Positions 19,915 to 29,430 of a stretch of 64,000 nt of DNA are shown here, piece by piece; positions within the stretch are counted from its first letter, which is position 1, and every line of letters starts with the position of its first letter. The notes beneath the pieces are model-generated. The model worked only from the letters and a program-made list of their open reading frames with translations, was not told the DNA's origin and did no database searches. The translations under genes and the position numbers were made by a program. Source of the DNA: Candidatus Latescibacterota bacterium (GTDB lineage Bacteria > Latescibacterota > UBA2968 > GCA-2709665); contig OZ242358.1 of NCBI GenBank assembly GCA_965208835.1, positions 2,304,001-2,368,000 of the forward strand. Reading direction: 5' to 3'.

Positions 19915-20298
19915 ATGAGCCGGACACACGCCGCGAAACTGACTGGAATGAGCCCTCAGTTCCTGGTCGCCGATCTGGACCGGTCGATCGAATTCTACAC
20001 GGGGCAACTCGGGTTCGACCTGGACTTCCGGTACGAGCACTTCTACGCGGGAATCGTACGAGACGGTCACTCCATCCATCTGAAGCTCGCCGACGCGCCG
20101 GGCGACGAGAGGGAATTCCGCCGCGAACACGAGCACCTGGACATTACGTTTACGGTGGACGATATCCAAACCGCGTATGAGGATGTGCAAAACCGGTCCG
20201 TTCCGGTCATTCAGCCACTACGTGAGATGCCCTACGGTCGTGAATTCTACGTATCGGATCCCGACGGGTATATCCTGGCCTTTGTCGAGACAGTATGA
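19915..20298 (+). CDS. VOC/glyoxalase family protein
   Basis: VADLDRSIEFY...LGF, PYGREFYVSDPDGY. Confidence 0.88.
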   Translation: MSRTHAAKLTGMSPQFLVADLDRSIEFYTGQLGFDLDFRYEHFYAGIVRDGHSIHLKLADAPGDEREFRREHEHLDITFTVDDIQTAYEDVQNRSVPVIQPLREMPYGREFYVSDPDGYILAFVETV

Positions 20299-20359
20299 CC
20301 CGGGCGCCGGCCTGTCGTTAGCGGGAACGAGGACGAGCTTCAGACGGTTGACATCGGAC

Positions 20360-20404
20360 TTGACATCGTCGATGGATTTTCCTATACGTATAATACACGT
20401 ATAG
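20360..20404 (+). promoter_or_regulatory. TA operon promoter with palindromic operator
   Basis: TTGACA(20360)-N17-TATACG, TATAAT at 20389; perfect inverted repeat CTATACGT-N7-ACGTATAG (20382-20404). Confidence 0.7.
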
Positions 20405-20439
20405 TTGTTTCCCGTGCCGTCTGAATAGGAGAAATACAT

Positions 20440-20670
20440 ATGCGCAAGAAGCTGACCATCACCGTTGACGAAGAAGTGTATGAAGGTTTGCATCAGGTGA
20501 TCGGCCGCCGCCGCATCAGCCGCTTCGTCGAAACGCTGGTCCGCCCGCACGTGCTTCGCCCCGACCTCAAGCAGGCATATGCAGATATGGCGCGCGATGA
20601 AGAACGGGAAGCCGAAGCCGCGGAATGGGCGGAAGAGACCGTGGGAGACGCATTCGATGCGCCGAGGTGA
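20440..20670 (+). CDS. Type II antitoxin (RHH-like)
   Basis: [14 protein letters not shown]; acidic C-terminus; overlaps toxin start. Confidence 0.82.
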   Translation: MRKKLTITVDEEVYEGLHQVIGRRRISRFVETLVRPHVLRPDLKQAYADMARDEEREAEAAEWAEETVGDAFDAPR

Positions 20671-20977
20671 AGTATGGTGGGTGGATTTCAACCCGTCCAT
20701 CGGTGGCGAAGTCCGCAAGAGACGCCCCGCGATTATCGTCAGTAACGACGCATCCAACAGGCATCTGAATCGTGTTCAGGTTGTGCCGTTAACGAGCAAT
20801 CTCGATCGCCTCTATCCCAGTGAAGCCTATGTGTCTGTCCGTGAAGAAAGAAGCAAGGCGATGGCCGATCAGTTGTCAACGGTCAGCAAACACCGGTTGA
20901 GCACGCTTAAGGGGCGTATCTCCGTTTCGGATATGGACGGCGTCGAACGCGCGATAAGGATACAGTTAGGCATGTGA
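20657..20977 (+). CDS. PemK/MazF family toxin
   Basis: [41 protein letters not shown]. Confidence 0.92.
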   Translation: MRRGEVWWVDFNPSIGGEVRKRRPAIIVSNDASNRHLNRVQVVPLTSNLDRLYPSEAYVSVREERSKAMADQLSTVSKHRLSTLKGRISVSDMDGVERAIRIQLGM

Positions 20978-21111
20978 TGTCAATGGCGCACGTGTATCGT
21001 GTATATTGTATAGAGTCTCAATTGGTCGGGATCGGCGGGTGAATGAACGCCACACGCCGGCATCGGCCGGTGACGTTCACAATCGGGAAACAAAGGAGGA
21101 AGTCAAACACG

Positions 21112-22338
21112 ATGGCGACGATCAATTCCAACTACAACAAACTCTCAGCCGGCTATCTGTTCCCGGAAATCGCGAGGCGGACAGGAGCATACCTCGAAGA
21201 TCATCCCAATGTCAATGTGATGCGACTGGGAATCGGAAACACGACGGAGCCGCTGCCTCCAAGCGTGATTGCCGGTTTGCATCAGGCCGTGGCAAACCTC
21301 GCGGCCGTCGAGACCTATAGCGGTTACGCGGACGGGAGCGAAGGGGAATTGCCTCTCAGAGAGGCGATCGCGAGCCGATATGCGGAGCGCGGCGTCACAC
21401 TTGATCCGGAAGAGATATTCGTGAGCGACGGCGGAAAGCCCGATTCCGCGAATATTCAGTCCATTTTCGGCCTGGACAACGTGGTGGCGGTCCAGGACCC
21501 GGCCTATCCCGTCTACGTGGACAGCAACGTGATCGCCGGACGTACCGGGAACGCCGCGGAGGGACAGTACGACGGAATCGTCTACATGCCCTGTACCGAG
21601 GCGAACGGCTTCTTTCCTGATCTGCCTGCGGACAAAGTGGACCTGATCTACATTTGCAGTCCGAACAATCCGATCGGTTCCGTTGCAACCGGGAGTCAGC
21701 TGCAGACGTTTGTGGATTATGCACGCGAACACCGGGCCGTGATCATCTTTGACGCGGCATACTGCGCGTACATTTCGGATCCTGAACTGCCGCACAGCAT
21801 TTTTGAGATCGAAGGCGCGAATTCCTGCGCGATCGAAATCAACAGTTTTTCCAAGGATACGGGCTTTACGGGCGTGCGGCTGGGCTGGACGGTGGTCCCC
21901 CGGGAACTGGCCGTGGAAGACGCCGGGCCCGGCGTCGTTAACGGGCTCTGGCGCAGACGGCAGAATACGATGTTCAACGGCACCTCCAATATTGTGCAGG
22001 GCGGCGGCCTGGCTGCGTTTACGGAGGAGGGTAAGGCGGAATGCGCCGGGATGGTCGCCTATTATATGGCCAACGCCGCGCGCATCCGTTCAGGGCTCGA
22101 ACGCATCGGGCTGACGGTCTATGGCGGGGTCCACGCGCCCTATCTCTGGATGAAGACGCCGGGCGGCATGGGTTCGTGGGAATTTTTCGACAAGCTGCTT
22201 TCCGAGGCGCACGTCGTGGGGACGCCGGGGGCCGGATTCGGCCCCAGCGGCGAAGGATTCTTCAGGCTGAGCGCGTTCGGACACCGTGAGGATATCGAGT
22301 CGGCCGTGGAGAGCATCGAGAAGAACCTCAGGCTGTAG
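21112..22338 (+). CDS. dapL: LL-diaminopimelate aminotransferase
   Basis: GYLFPEI, LGIG, DPAYPVY, CSPNNP, SFSKDTGFTGVRLG, PGAGFG, FRLSAF. Confidence 0.93.
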   Translation: MATINSNYNKLSAGYLFPEIARRTGAYLEDHPNVNVMRLGIGNTTEPLPPSVIAGLHQAVANLAAVETYSGYADGSEGELPLREAIASRYAERGVTLDPEEIFVSDGGKPDSANIQSIFGLDNVVAVQDPAYPVYVDSNVIAGRTGNAAEGQYDGIVYMPCTEANGFFPDLPADKVDLIYICSPNNPIGSVATGSQLQTFVDYAREHRAVIIFDAAYCAYISDPELPHSIFEIEGANSCAIEINSFSKDTGFTGVRLGWTVVPRELAVEDAGPGVVNGLWRRRQNTMFNGTSNIVQGGGLAAFTEEGKAECAGMVAYYMANAARIRSGLERIGLTVYGGVHAPYLWMKTPGGMGSWEFFDKLLSEAHVVGTPGAGFGPSGEGFFRLSAFGHREDIESAVESIEKNLRL

Positions 22339-22422
22339 TTTCCCGTCTGACCCCGGCTGTCCGGTACCGGGCGCCTCGCGGGCGGGGTTCCCTTGCGGAC
22401 GGGGCGGACAGGAGAGATGGAA

Positions 22423-23379
22423 ATGCGACTGCGGGTCCTTGCTTTCTGTATCTCGTTTGGAATGGCGGCGCCGGGCGTTTCGGAGGAGAAGAAACCGCCG
22501 CCGAAACTTTCGGTTGCTTTCCGCTTTGTCTCGGCTTTCGGACAGAAGGGTGGGGGAGTCGGGCACTTTCATGATGCTTCCGCTATCGCCCTCGATTCGT
22601 TCGGCAACTTCTACGTGGCCGATACGGGGAACGACCGCATCCAGAAGTTCGATGCGGACGGATCGTATGTATCGGAGGTTGGCACCTTCGGCTGGGACCC
22701 CGGTCAATTCAGTCAGCCGGCGGGTGTTGCGGTGGGAAAGGGCGGGCTCGAGGTATGTGTTGCAGACGGGAGAAACAACCGCATCCAGATCTTCAGCCCT
22801 CACTTCCGGCTGCTGGGTGTGGTCGGAGGGCGGGACGTCGACGGTCCGATCCGTCTGGGAACGCTCGGCGGGATCGCGGTTTCCGAAGACGGTGAGATTT
22901 ACGTGTCGGATACTGATTCCGACCAGGTGATACAGATCAGCGATTACAGCCCTATGGAAAACCAGTTCGGGGGTTACGGATACGGCGCCGACCGGCTCAG
23001 GCGTCCTTTGGGACTCGCCGTCGGACAAAAGAGCGAAGTCTACGTCTGTGACAGTGAGAACGATCGGATCGCGGTATTTGACCGGTACGGAAGTTTCAAA
23101 AAAAGCCTGGCGGAAGGGTCGCTATCCGGCCCTGCCGGTGTGTGTACAGGGCCTGAGGACGTACTGTTTGTGGCGGACACCGGACATCACCGCATCGTGG
23201 TCCTGGACCTGCGGACGGGGGACGTGGCCTCGCTGATGGGCGGGCCCGATGCAGGACATCGGCCGGGTACGTTCAGGGGGCCGAAAGACGTAGCTTTCGC
23301 CGCCGGCAGATTCCTGTTTGTTCTGGACGGCGGCAACCATCGCATTCAGAAGTTCGAAATGCTGATCAGGAGAAGGTAG
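22423..23379 (+). CDS. Exported NHL-repeat beta-propeller protein
   Basis: Repeated YVADTGNDRIQKF-type units; signal peptide. Confidence 0.85.
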   Translation: MRLRVLAFCISFGMAAPGVSEEKKPPPKLSVAFRFVSAFGQKGGGVGHFHDASAIALDSFGNFYVADTGNDRIQKFDADGSYVSEVGTFGWDPGQFSQPAGVAVGKGGLEVCVADGRNNRIQIFSPHFRLLGVVGGRDVDGPIRLGTLGGIAVSEDGEIYVSDTDSDQVIQISDYSPMENQFGGYGYGADRLRRPLGLAVGQKSEVYVCDSENDRIAVFDRYGSFKKSLAEGSLSGPAGVCTGPEDVLFVADTGHHRIVVLDLRTGDVASLMGGPDAGHRPGTFRGPKDVAFAAGRFLFVLDGGNHRIQKFEMLIRRR

Positions 23380-23462
23380 CGGACGTCTGACTCAGGATTC
23401 GGGAGTCGGCAGTAAGGCCGCGGGGTCTCGGAACCCGGTCTTTCGGGCTCCCGACCTTTTGT

Positions 23463-26400
23463 ATGTTCAAGACCTTTCCCATCCTGCAGGTCTTCATGAT
23501 CTGCGCAGGCTTTTTGACCGCGGCGGGTGCGGCGCCGCCCCCGGATCGGTTGACCGTCTTCGATATGGAACGGACCATTCGGTCGGATGGCGGCCGGGGA
23601 CCCTACCGCATTTCGGACCGGCCCATTCTAAGTGATAGCGAAAGGGTCTGGGTGGGGGACAGCCTGCTCGTCAGGGGCCCGGACTACGAACTGGACTACG
23701 TCGACGGATTGCTGCTGCTGGCACGGGAACGGCTCCGCGGCGTCGAGCTTCTGGTCCGGTTCCGGCAGTTGCCCCGGGTGCTCCCGAAGGTTTTCAGGCG
23801 CCGTGAGCAGAACGCGCAACGGGCGCCGGTACGGCAGAACCGGGCCCGTCGCCGATGGCGCCGCGCGGCATCGAAAGCGCCGGAGGCGTACGACGAGGCT
23901 CAGACTCGTCTCGACGTCGGGGGCGCCAAGCGCATTCAGGTCACAGTCGGCGGGAATCGCGATCTCGAACTCAGCCAGGCGTTGCGGGTGCATATAACCG
24001 GACAGATGGCGGACGGCGTCGAAATTACCGCGCTGCTGTCCGACCGGAACCTTCCGTTGGGGTTGGACGGAAGCACCAGAAGCCTGCAGGAGCTGGACCG
24101 CGTGATGTTTCAGGTCCGTTCACGGAAGGCTTCGGCTTCACTCGGCGATCTGGACGTTGCGTTTGACGGCACCACGTTCGGCAGGTATCGCCGCAGGCTC
24201 CACGGCGCGCAATTCGCGTTTTCGTCTTCGGGAACGGACCTGAGGGTTTTCGGGGCCGCCGCCGATGGACGCTGGATCAGCCACCGCCTTCTTCCCGTCG
24301 AAGGATATCAGGGCCCTTACAGGTTGCCCGGTGACGCCGGAGCGCCGGGCGGACGAATCGTTGCGGGTTCGGAACGGGTCTTTCAGGACGGACGTCTGTT
24401 GCGGCGTGGCGAAAGCCAGGACTACGTCGTGGACTATGATATGTCCACAATCACGTTTACGCCCGTCAGGCCGGTAACCGGACAGAGCCGCATTACCGTG
24501 GAATACCAGTACGAGGCGCCCGGGTCCCGACGGCGTCTGATGGGCGCGCGCGGCACGCTCGCGCTATCCGACGACCGGCTGAAGCTGGGGGGCACGTTCA
24601 TACGCGAGGCCGAGCGGGAAGGCCCGGTCACGGGCGCCGGCATCTCGTCACCTCCGTTTCAACCGCTTCGACAGCAGCTGGCTGTGCTGGATGCAGCGTT
24701 TGAACCCGTCGGGGGCGTGCGGCTGGACGGCGAACTGGCAATGAGCCAGGCGCCCACGCAGGCGGACGCGCGTGAGCAGCGGCGGGGCGGGGCATTCAGG
24801 CTGGGACTGGATCTGTGGCCGGACGCGCTTCGCTTGCGCGGGCGTGGCCTCGGGCGGTTTCGGCTGACGGGCGCATACAGGCAGGTCGGCGCACAGTTCC
24901 GCGGGATGGAGAGGTCCGTGAGGGTAACGCGTGAGGGGCGGTGGGGCTGGCGGGCCGACGGGCCGGAAGCCGGAGACCGGACGGGCGAAGTTGCTTTGCA
25001 ATACGCCCTGAGGCCCGGCATCCGTCTCGACGCCGGCTATGGCAGGCGTCACGGAAGGGTGAACGCGGTTCGGCGCGACATCGGGTTGCAGATTTCCGAC
25101 GCGCGGGCGCCGCGGGTGTTCTATCGATTCGACGAGGTGTCGCACGGGTCGGGGATGTTCGCCAGGCATCGGGGCCGCATCCGGGCGCCGGTGCGAGGGA
25201 TTACGCCCGGGTTGCGTTTTGAGTCGGAAACGGCGACCGGGGCGTCGGTTTCTCATTCGACCCTGTTCTACGCCACGGCGCCCGATTCCACCCATCGAGG
25301 GATACGCATGCGGACGGGGGCCGTGGACCTTTCCTCGCGGGTACTGGACGCGCTGGCGTGGACTTCGGAGATTTCGATCCGGAGGATAGGCCTCCTGGAG
25401 CACGCGTGGCAGGACAGCCTCCGGGCCTGGACGACGACCCACCGCGCCTCGATGTCAGGCTGGCGCGGGCTGTCTTTTTCGGGGGAGTACAGCAGGAGCA
25501 GGACGAAATCCCCCCTGCATCCGGCAAGGGGGCGAATGACGGACCTTGGCCGGATAAGATGGGGGTACGACGTCTTGAACGGCGCCGTATCGCACAGATT
25601 CTCCTATCGGATCTCCAGTACCGGGGCGCCGGACAGCCATCCCGTGTTCATCGACGTTGGACGTGGTCGAGGCACGCATGTGTGGGAAGACGTGGACGCC
25701 GACGGACTCCGGGATCCGGAGGAGTTCGTGGCCGACGCGGGTGGCGAGTACGTCAGGTTTTACAGCCCCGTCGTCGGATTCCGGCCTGTGCGTGACGCGG
25801 CTCTGGCCGTCCGGACCGAACTCGTGCTGAAGCGTTTGATGCGATCTCCCGCTGGCGTGTGGCTGCGTCTCCTCTCCGGGCTGTCGCTCGACGTCTCGCT
25901 GGAAGCCGACCGGCAGGCGCCGCCGGGCAATGCCGGCGTGGCGCCCTGGGACCTGTACGGTTTCGGTTCCGGCGCCGGGATGCTCCACGGCAGGCGCGAG
26001 CTGCGCACGCGGCTTTACCTGTTCCGATATGGCCGTCCCGCCACGCTGCGTCTGTCCGCCCGCCAGGGTTCCCGCGCGGACCGGAACTTTACCGACGGCG
26101 CGCTGGAGACGACGTCCCAGGTGGCCGCTCTGGGACGTTTCGCGCTTGGACGGACCTCGTCCCTGCAAATAGAGCTGCACGGTGGGATGCGAGACCGGCC
26201 CGGTGACGGGCCGTTTTTCTACCGGATCCGATCGCGACGGCTTTCCATGAACGGGTATCGGCATCTCCCCAAGTCGTGGCAGACGCGCATGGAACTGTCT
26301 CTTGGCAGGGACCGGGAAGAAAACCGTGCGCTGCTTGCCCGCTTTGTAACGGTACGCCCGGAAATGAGGCGCGCCCTGCCCGGCCGAGGGCGGATGCGGA

Positions 26401-26618
26401 TTTCGTGTGACTGGACCCGTGTCTTCGCTTCGGGATCAATGCCGTTGTTCCTTGGAATGGCCGATGGAAACCGCGATGGAAACAACGTGGGCTGGCGCCT
26501 GGGCGTGGACTACCGGATGGGACGGTACCTGACGGCCATGGTCCTGTACGACGGTCGTAAACGCCCCGGAAGATCCCTTCTGCATCTCGGACGCATGGAG
26601 ATGCGGGCCCTTTTTTGA
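23463..26618 (+). CDS. Large (1051 aa) putative outer-membrane beta-barrel protein
   Basis: Signal peptide, alternating beta-strand pattern, terminal EMRALF; duplicated SERV..G.LL.RG..DY..DY motif. Confidence 0.75.
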   Translation: MFKTFPILQVFMICAGFLTAAGAAPPPDRLTVFDMERTIRSDGGRGPYRISDRPILSDSERVWVGDSLLVRGPDYELDYVDGLLLLARERLRGVELLVRFRQLPRVLPKVFRRREQNAQRAPVRQNRARRRWRRAASKAPEAYDEAQTRLDVGGAKRIQVTVGGNRDLELSQALRVHITGQMADGVEITALLSDRNLPLGLDGSTRSLQELDRVMFQVRSRKASASLGDLDVAFDGTTFGRYRRRLHGAQFAFSSSGTDLRVFGAAADGRWISHRLLPVEGYQGPYRLPGDAGAPGGRIVAGSERVFQDGRLLRRGESQDYVVDYDMSTITFTPVRPVTGQSRITVEYQYEAPGSRRRLMGARGTLALSDDRLKLGGTFIREAEREGPVTGAGISSPPFQPLRQQLAVLDAAFEPVGGVRLDGELAMSQAPTQADAREQRRGGAFRLGLDLWPDALRLRGRGLGRFRLTGAYRQVGAQFRGMERSVRVTREGRWGWRADGPEAGDRTGEVALQYALRPGIRLDAGYGRRHGRVNAVRRDIGLQISDARAPRVFYRFDEVSHGSGMFARHRGRIRAPVRGITPGLRFESETATGASVSHSTLFYATAPDSTHRGIRMRTGAVDLSSRVLDALAWTSEISIRRIGLLEHAWQDSLRAWTTTHRASMSGWRGLSFSGEYSRSRTKSPLHPARGRMTDLGRIRWGYDVLNGAVSHRFSYRISSTGAPDSHPVFIDVGRGRGTHVWEDVDADGLRDPEEFVADAGGEYVRFYSPVVGFRPVRDAALAVRTELVLKRLMRSPAGVWLRLLSGLSLDVSLEADRQAPPGNAGVAPWDLYGFGSGAGMLHGRRELRTRLYLFRYGRPATLRLSARQGSRADRNFTDGALETTSQVAALGRFALGRTSSLQIELHGGMRDRPGDGPFFYRIRSRRLSMNGYRHLPKSWQTRMELSLGRDREENRALLARFVTVRPEMRRALPGRGRMRISCDWTRVFASGSMPLFLGMADGNRDGNNVGWRLGVDYRMGRYLTAMVLYDGRKRPGRSLLHLGRMEMRALF

Positions 26619-26779
26619 AGCTGTCTTAAAATTCCCAGCGGTCTTCGCGCGGCTGCAAAAGCGCCGGCCGGCGTTGGTCAAACCCACCCGTATGGACAAA
26701 TATGGGCGGATTCTCCCGCCTTGACCGCCACTTTTTCGCTCGCGCTCGGGAACTCGCCGGTAATTTTAAAACAGCTTCT
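26616..26779 (-). mobile_element. MITE-like element copy B (inverted)
   Basis: GAAGCTGTCTTAAAA ... TTTTAAAACAGCTTCT. Confidence 0.8.
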
Positions 26780-26791
26780 GAGAGGTGCGGT

Positions 26792-28507
26792 GTGATTCGA
26801 AAATTGCATGTGTGGCGCTACAGCCTGGTCGTGTCCCTTGTGATGGGAGTATGGGCGGACGCGTCCGCGTCCGGTCGCGTACTTATACGGCAGGTGCGGA
26901 TCGACGGGGCGCACCGGATTTCCGAGGATCGCGTTCGAGGCTGGCTGATGACGCGGGCCGGCCTGCCCGCGGACAGCCTGATGCTCGAGAAGGACATGGC
27001 GCGAATTCTGGACGGATATGTGGCCGAGGGCTACTGGCAGGCTTCCGTCGCGTTTCCTGAGGTGGAGCTGGACCGGGGGCGTGTGCGGTTTCGGATCGAG
27101 GAGGGCAGACGGACCTTCATCGATACGCTCCGGATTACCGGAAATAAGAGCGTTGCGACGGACTCGTTGCTGAACGAGGTATTTTCGCGGAGCGGGTCTC
27201 CGCTCATCAGGGAATCCGTAACGACGGACCTCGAAGCGCTTCTCAGGTATTACGAGAACCGCGGGTATCCCTATTGTTCGCTGGCGCCCGAGGTAAGCCT
27301 GGTTCCGGGCAGCGACTCGGTGCAGGTTCGGATCGCGGTTGACGAAGGTCCCTTCGTTCGGGTGGATACGATCCGCTTCACGGGCAACCGGATCACCCGT
27401 GCAGAGACGCTCCTCAGGGAAATGCGGATCGCGCCGGGCGGCCCCTACGATCAGCGCCGGGTCGACCGTGCCCTTCGTGCGCTCAGACGTCTTCCATTTC
27501 TGCTGGATGTGGATGATGCGGCGTTGACGACCGAACCGGACGGACGTACGGCGCTGGTGGTTTCCGTCCGAGAAGCGCCGGCAGGCAGGGCCGAAGGCGT
27601 CGTGGGCGTTGTGCCGGCGTCGCGGGACGGCGCTCAGGGCCTGACTGGTTCGTTCGCGATCTCGTTCGGAAATCTGCTTGGAACCGGGAGGCGGGCGGAC
27701 GCCTCCTGGTCGCGCAGCGGGAGCGAGGCGTCAGATCTGGATCTGCGTTACGTTGAACCCTGGATCCTGAGGCGTCCGCTGGGTCTTGACGTTGCGCTTC
27801 TGATGCGCCAGCGGCCCGGGTTTGCCGAGAATCGCATGGGTCTCGGCGTCAGTCTGTCTGCGGTCAGCGGCACCGAGGTCCGGTTGGGTGTATCCCGAAG
27901 CGGCGTCCGGCCGGATTCGAGCGGGGCACGCCGGTTTGCGAAGGGCCGTATCACATCTCTGGAAGGTGCGCTGGAATACGACGGACGGAACGATCGATGG
28001 AATCCAATGTCGGGTACGATGTATCGCGTCGGCCTGGTCTGGAGCCGCGTGACGCAGAGCGGCGGCGCAGGCCGGAGGTTGCGCGCAAACGCGGACCTGC
28101 AACGGATTCTTGGGCTGGGACGGCGGACCGCGTTGGCCGCTTCGCTGCATGGCGCGGGCGTGGCCGAAGCCGGCGTGGAGCTTCCCGACGGGCTGTTGCG
28201 ACTGGGAGGAGCCACGTCGATAAGAGGCTATCGCGAGGAAGCGTTTCTTGTGAATCGGGCGTTCTGGATGAATCTGGAGGTGCGGCTTATACTGGCGCGC
28301 AGGTCAAGGGCGTTTCTCTTTGTCGATGCCGGTGTTCTGGGGGATGCCGTGGGTGGTGAAAGGAACGGTCTGCTCTTCCCGCTGGGATTCGGACTGGGCA
28401 TGCGGACGGTTTCCCGGCTCGGGACGATCGGGCTGGATTACGGATTGGCAAGAACCGACAGCCCCGGTCGCGGTAAGGTGCATATACGCATGGTGAACGA
28501 CTTTTAG
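26792..28507 (+). CDS. Omp85 (BamA/TamA family) protein with POTRA domains
   Basis: POTRA repeats (IRFTGNRIT), FGNLLGTGR, YVEPW, SIRGY, terminal F; GTG start with GAGGTG RBS. Confidence 0.85.
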   Translation: MIRKLHVWRYSLVVSLVMGVWADASASGRVLIRQVRIDGAHRISEDRVRGWLMTRAGLPADSLMLEKDMARILDGYVAEGYWQASVAFPEVELDRGRVRFRIEEGRRTFIDTLRITGNKSVATDSLLNEVFSRSGSPLIRESVTTDLEALLRYYENRGYPYCSLAPEVSLVPGSDSVQVRIAVDEGPFVRVDTIRFTGNRITRAETLLREMRIAPGGPYDQRRVDRALRALRRLPFLLDVDDAALTTEPDGRTALVVSVREAPAGRAEGVVGVVPASRDGAQGLTGSFAISFGNLLGTGRRADASWSRSGSEASDLDLRYVEPWILRRPLGLDVALLMRQRPGFAENRMGLGVSLSAVSGTEVRLGVSRSGVRPDSSGARRFAKGRITSLEGALEYDGRNDRWNPMSGTMYRVGLVWSRVTQSGGAGRRLRANADLQRILGLGRRTALAASLHGAGVAEAGVELPDGLLRLGGATSIRGYREEAFLVNRAFWMNLEVRLILARRSRAFLFVDAGVLGDAVGGERNGLLFPLGFGLGMRTVSRLGTIGLDYGLARTDSPGRGKVHIRMVNDF

Positions 28508-28535
28508 CGACTCGTCCTGGAATTTAGATCGGATG

Positions 28536-28561
28536 GTAGGGGCAGGTTTCAAACCTGCCCT
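28536..28561. repeat. GTAG-type REP palindrome
   Basis: GTAGGGGCAGGTTTCAAACCTGCCCT between convergent genes. Confidence 0.7.
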
Positions 28562-28607
28562 TTCTGTTTTATGAATTCCAGCAGACAGAGACGCCTGATC
28601 CAGCCTG

Positions 28608-29423
28608 TTAAAACGGGAACAGGACGGAGGTATTTTCAGGTGTGAGTGCCGCGCCGTATTCGCACACCTGGAAGGCCTCGGCATAGCGGACGGTGCGCCC
28701 ACGGCTCTCACCGTAACGTTTCACGAGAATGTCCCGGTGGCGGTCGGCAACGGCCCTGAACTGCTCCAGTCTGTGTTCCAGCCACTTTCTGCGTTGGCGG
28801 GGCGAATTCGGCACTTCGTCGAGTTTCCCCGCGTTAAAGGGCAACCACTCGTACATCTGCGACGTGTGACAGTGCAGCATATCGAGCTTCTTGTCGACGA
28901 TGTCGTCGATGTCGATCGCAACCTCGGGCATAAACGGTGCGGGAAACCGGAAGTTATCGCTCATGTAGGCGATCACCGGATTGTACGCGAGCGCGGGAAC
29001 GTCCGTACAGACGTTCGGGACGGTGACCATGTAGGCGGCGTCCTGAACGAGGATGCCTGCGTACCGATGGTCCGGATGGTAGTCATTGGGCCGATGGGTC
29101 AGGATCAGGTCGGGCGTGTAGGAGCGGATCATGCGGATGACGTTCTTGCGGTTCTCCAGCGTGGGCTCAAGCTCTCCGTCGTGGTTGTCCGTTACGTGGT
29201 ATTCGATGCCGGCGACGGCGCCGGCGGCCTGCGCTTCCGCCCGGCGCCTGCGGGCGAGCGAGATGCCCCCCATTTCGTGATGGCCCGCGTCTCCGTTCGT
29301 CATGGAAACGAAACGGACCTCATGTCCCAGAGCCGCGTAGTTGATTGCAAGCCCGCCGGCCTTGATATCGCAGTCGTCGGGATGGGCCCCGAAAACGATG
29401 ATTCTGAGAGGTCGGTTCGTCAC
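28608..29423 (-). CDS. PIG-L/LmbE family deacetylase
   Basis: GAHPDD, TNGDAG, RRAEA, YHPDH. Confidence 0.88.
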   Translation of the reverse strand: MTNRPLRIIVFGAHPDDCDIKAGGLAINYAALGHEVRFVSMTNGDAGHHEMGGISLARRRRAEAQAAGAVAGIEYHVTDNHDGELEPTLENRKNVIRMIRSYTPDLILTHRPNDYHPDHRYAGILVQDAAYMVTVPNVCTDVPALAYNPVIAYMSDNFRFPAPFMPEVAIDIDDIVDKKLDMLHCHTSQMYEWLPFNAGKLDEVPNSPRQRRKWLEHRLEQFRAVADRHRDILVKRYGESRGRTVRYAEAFQVCEYGAALTPENTSVLFPF

Positions 29424-29430
29424 GGTGTAC

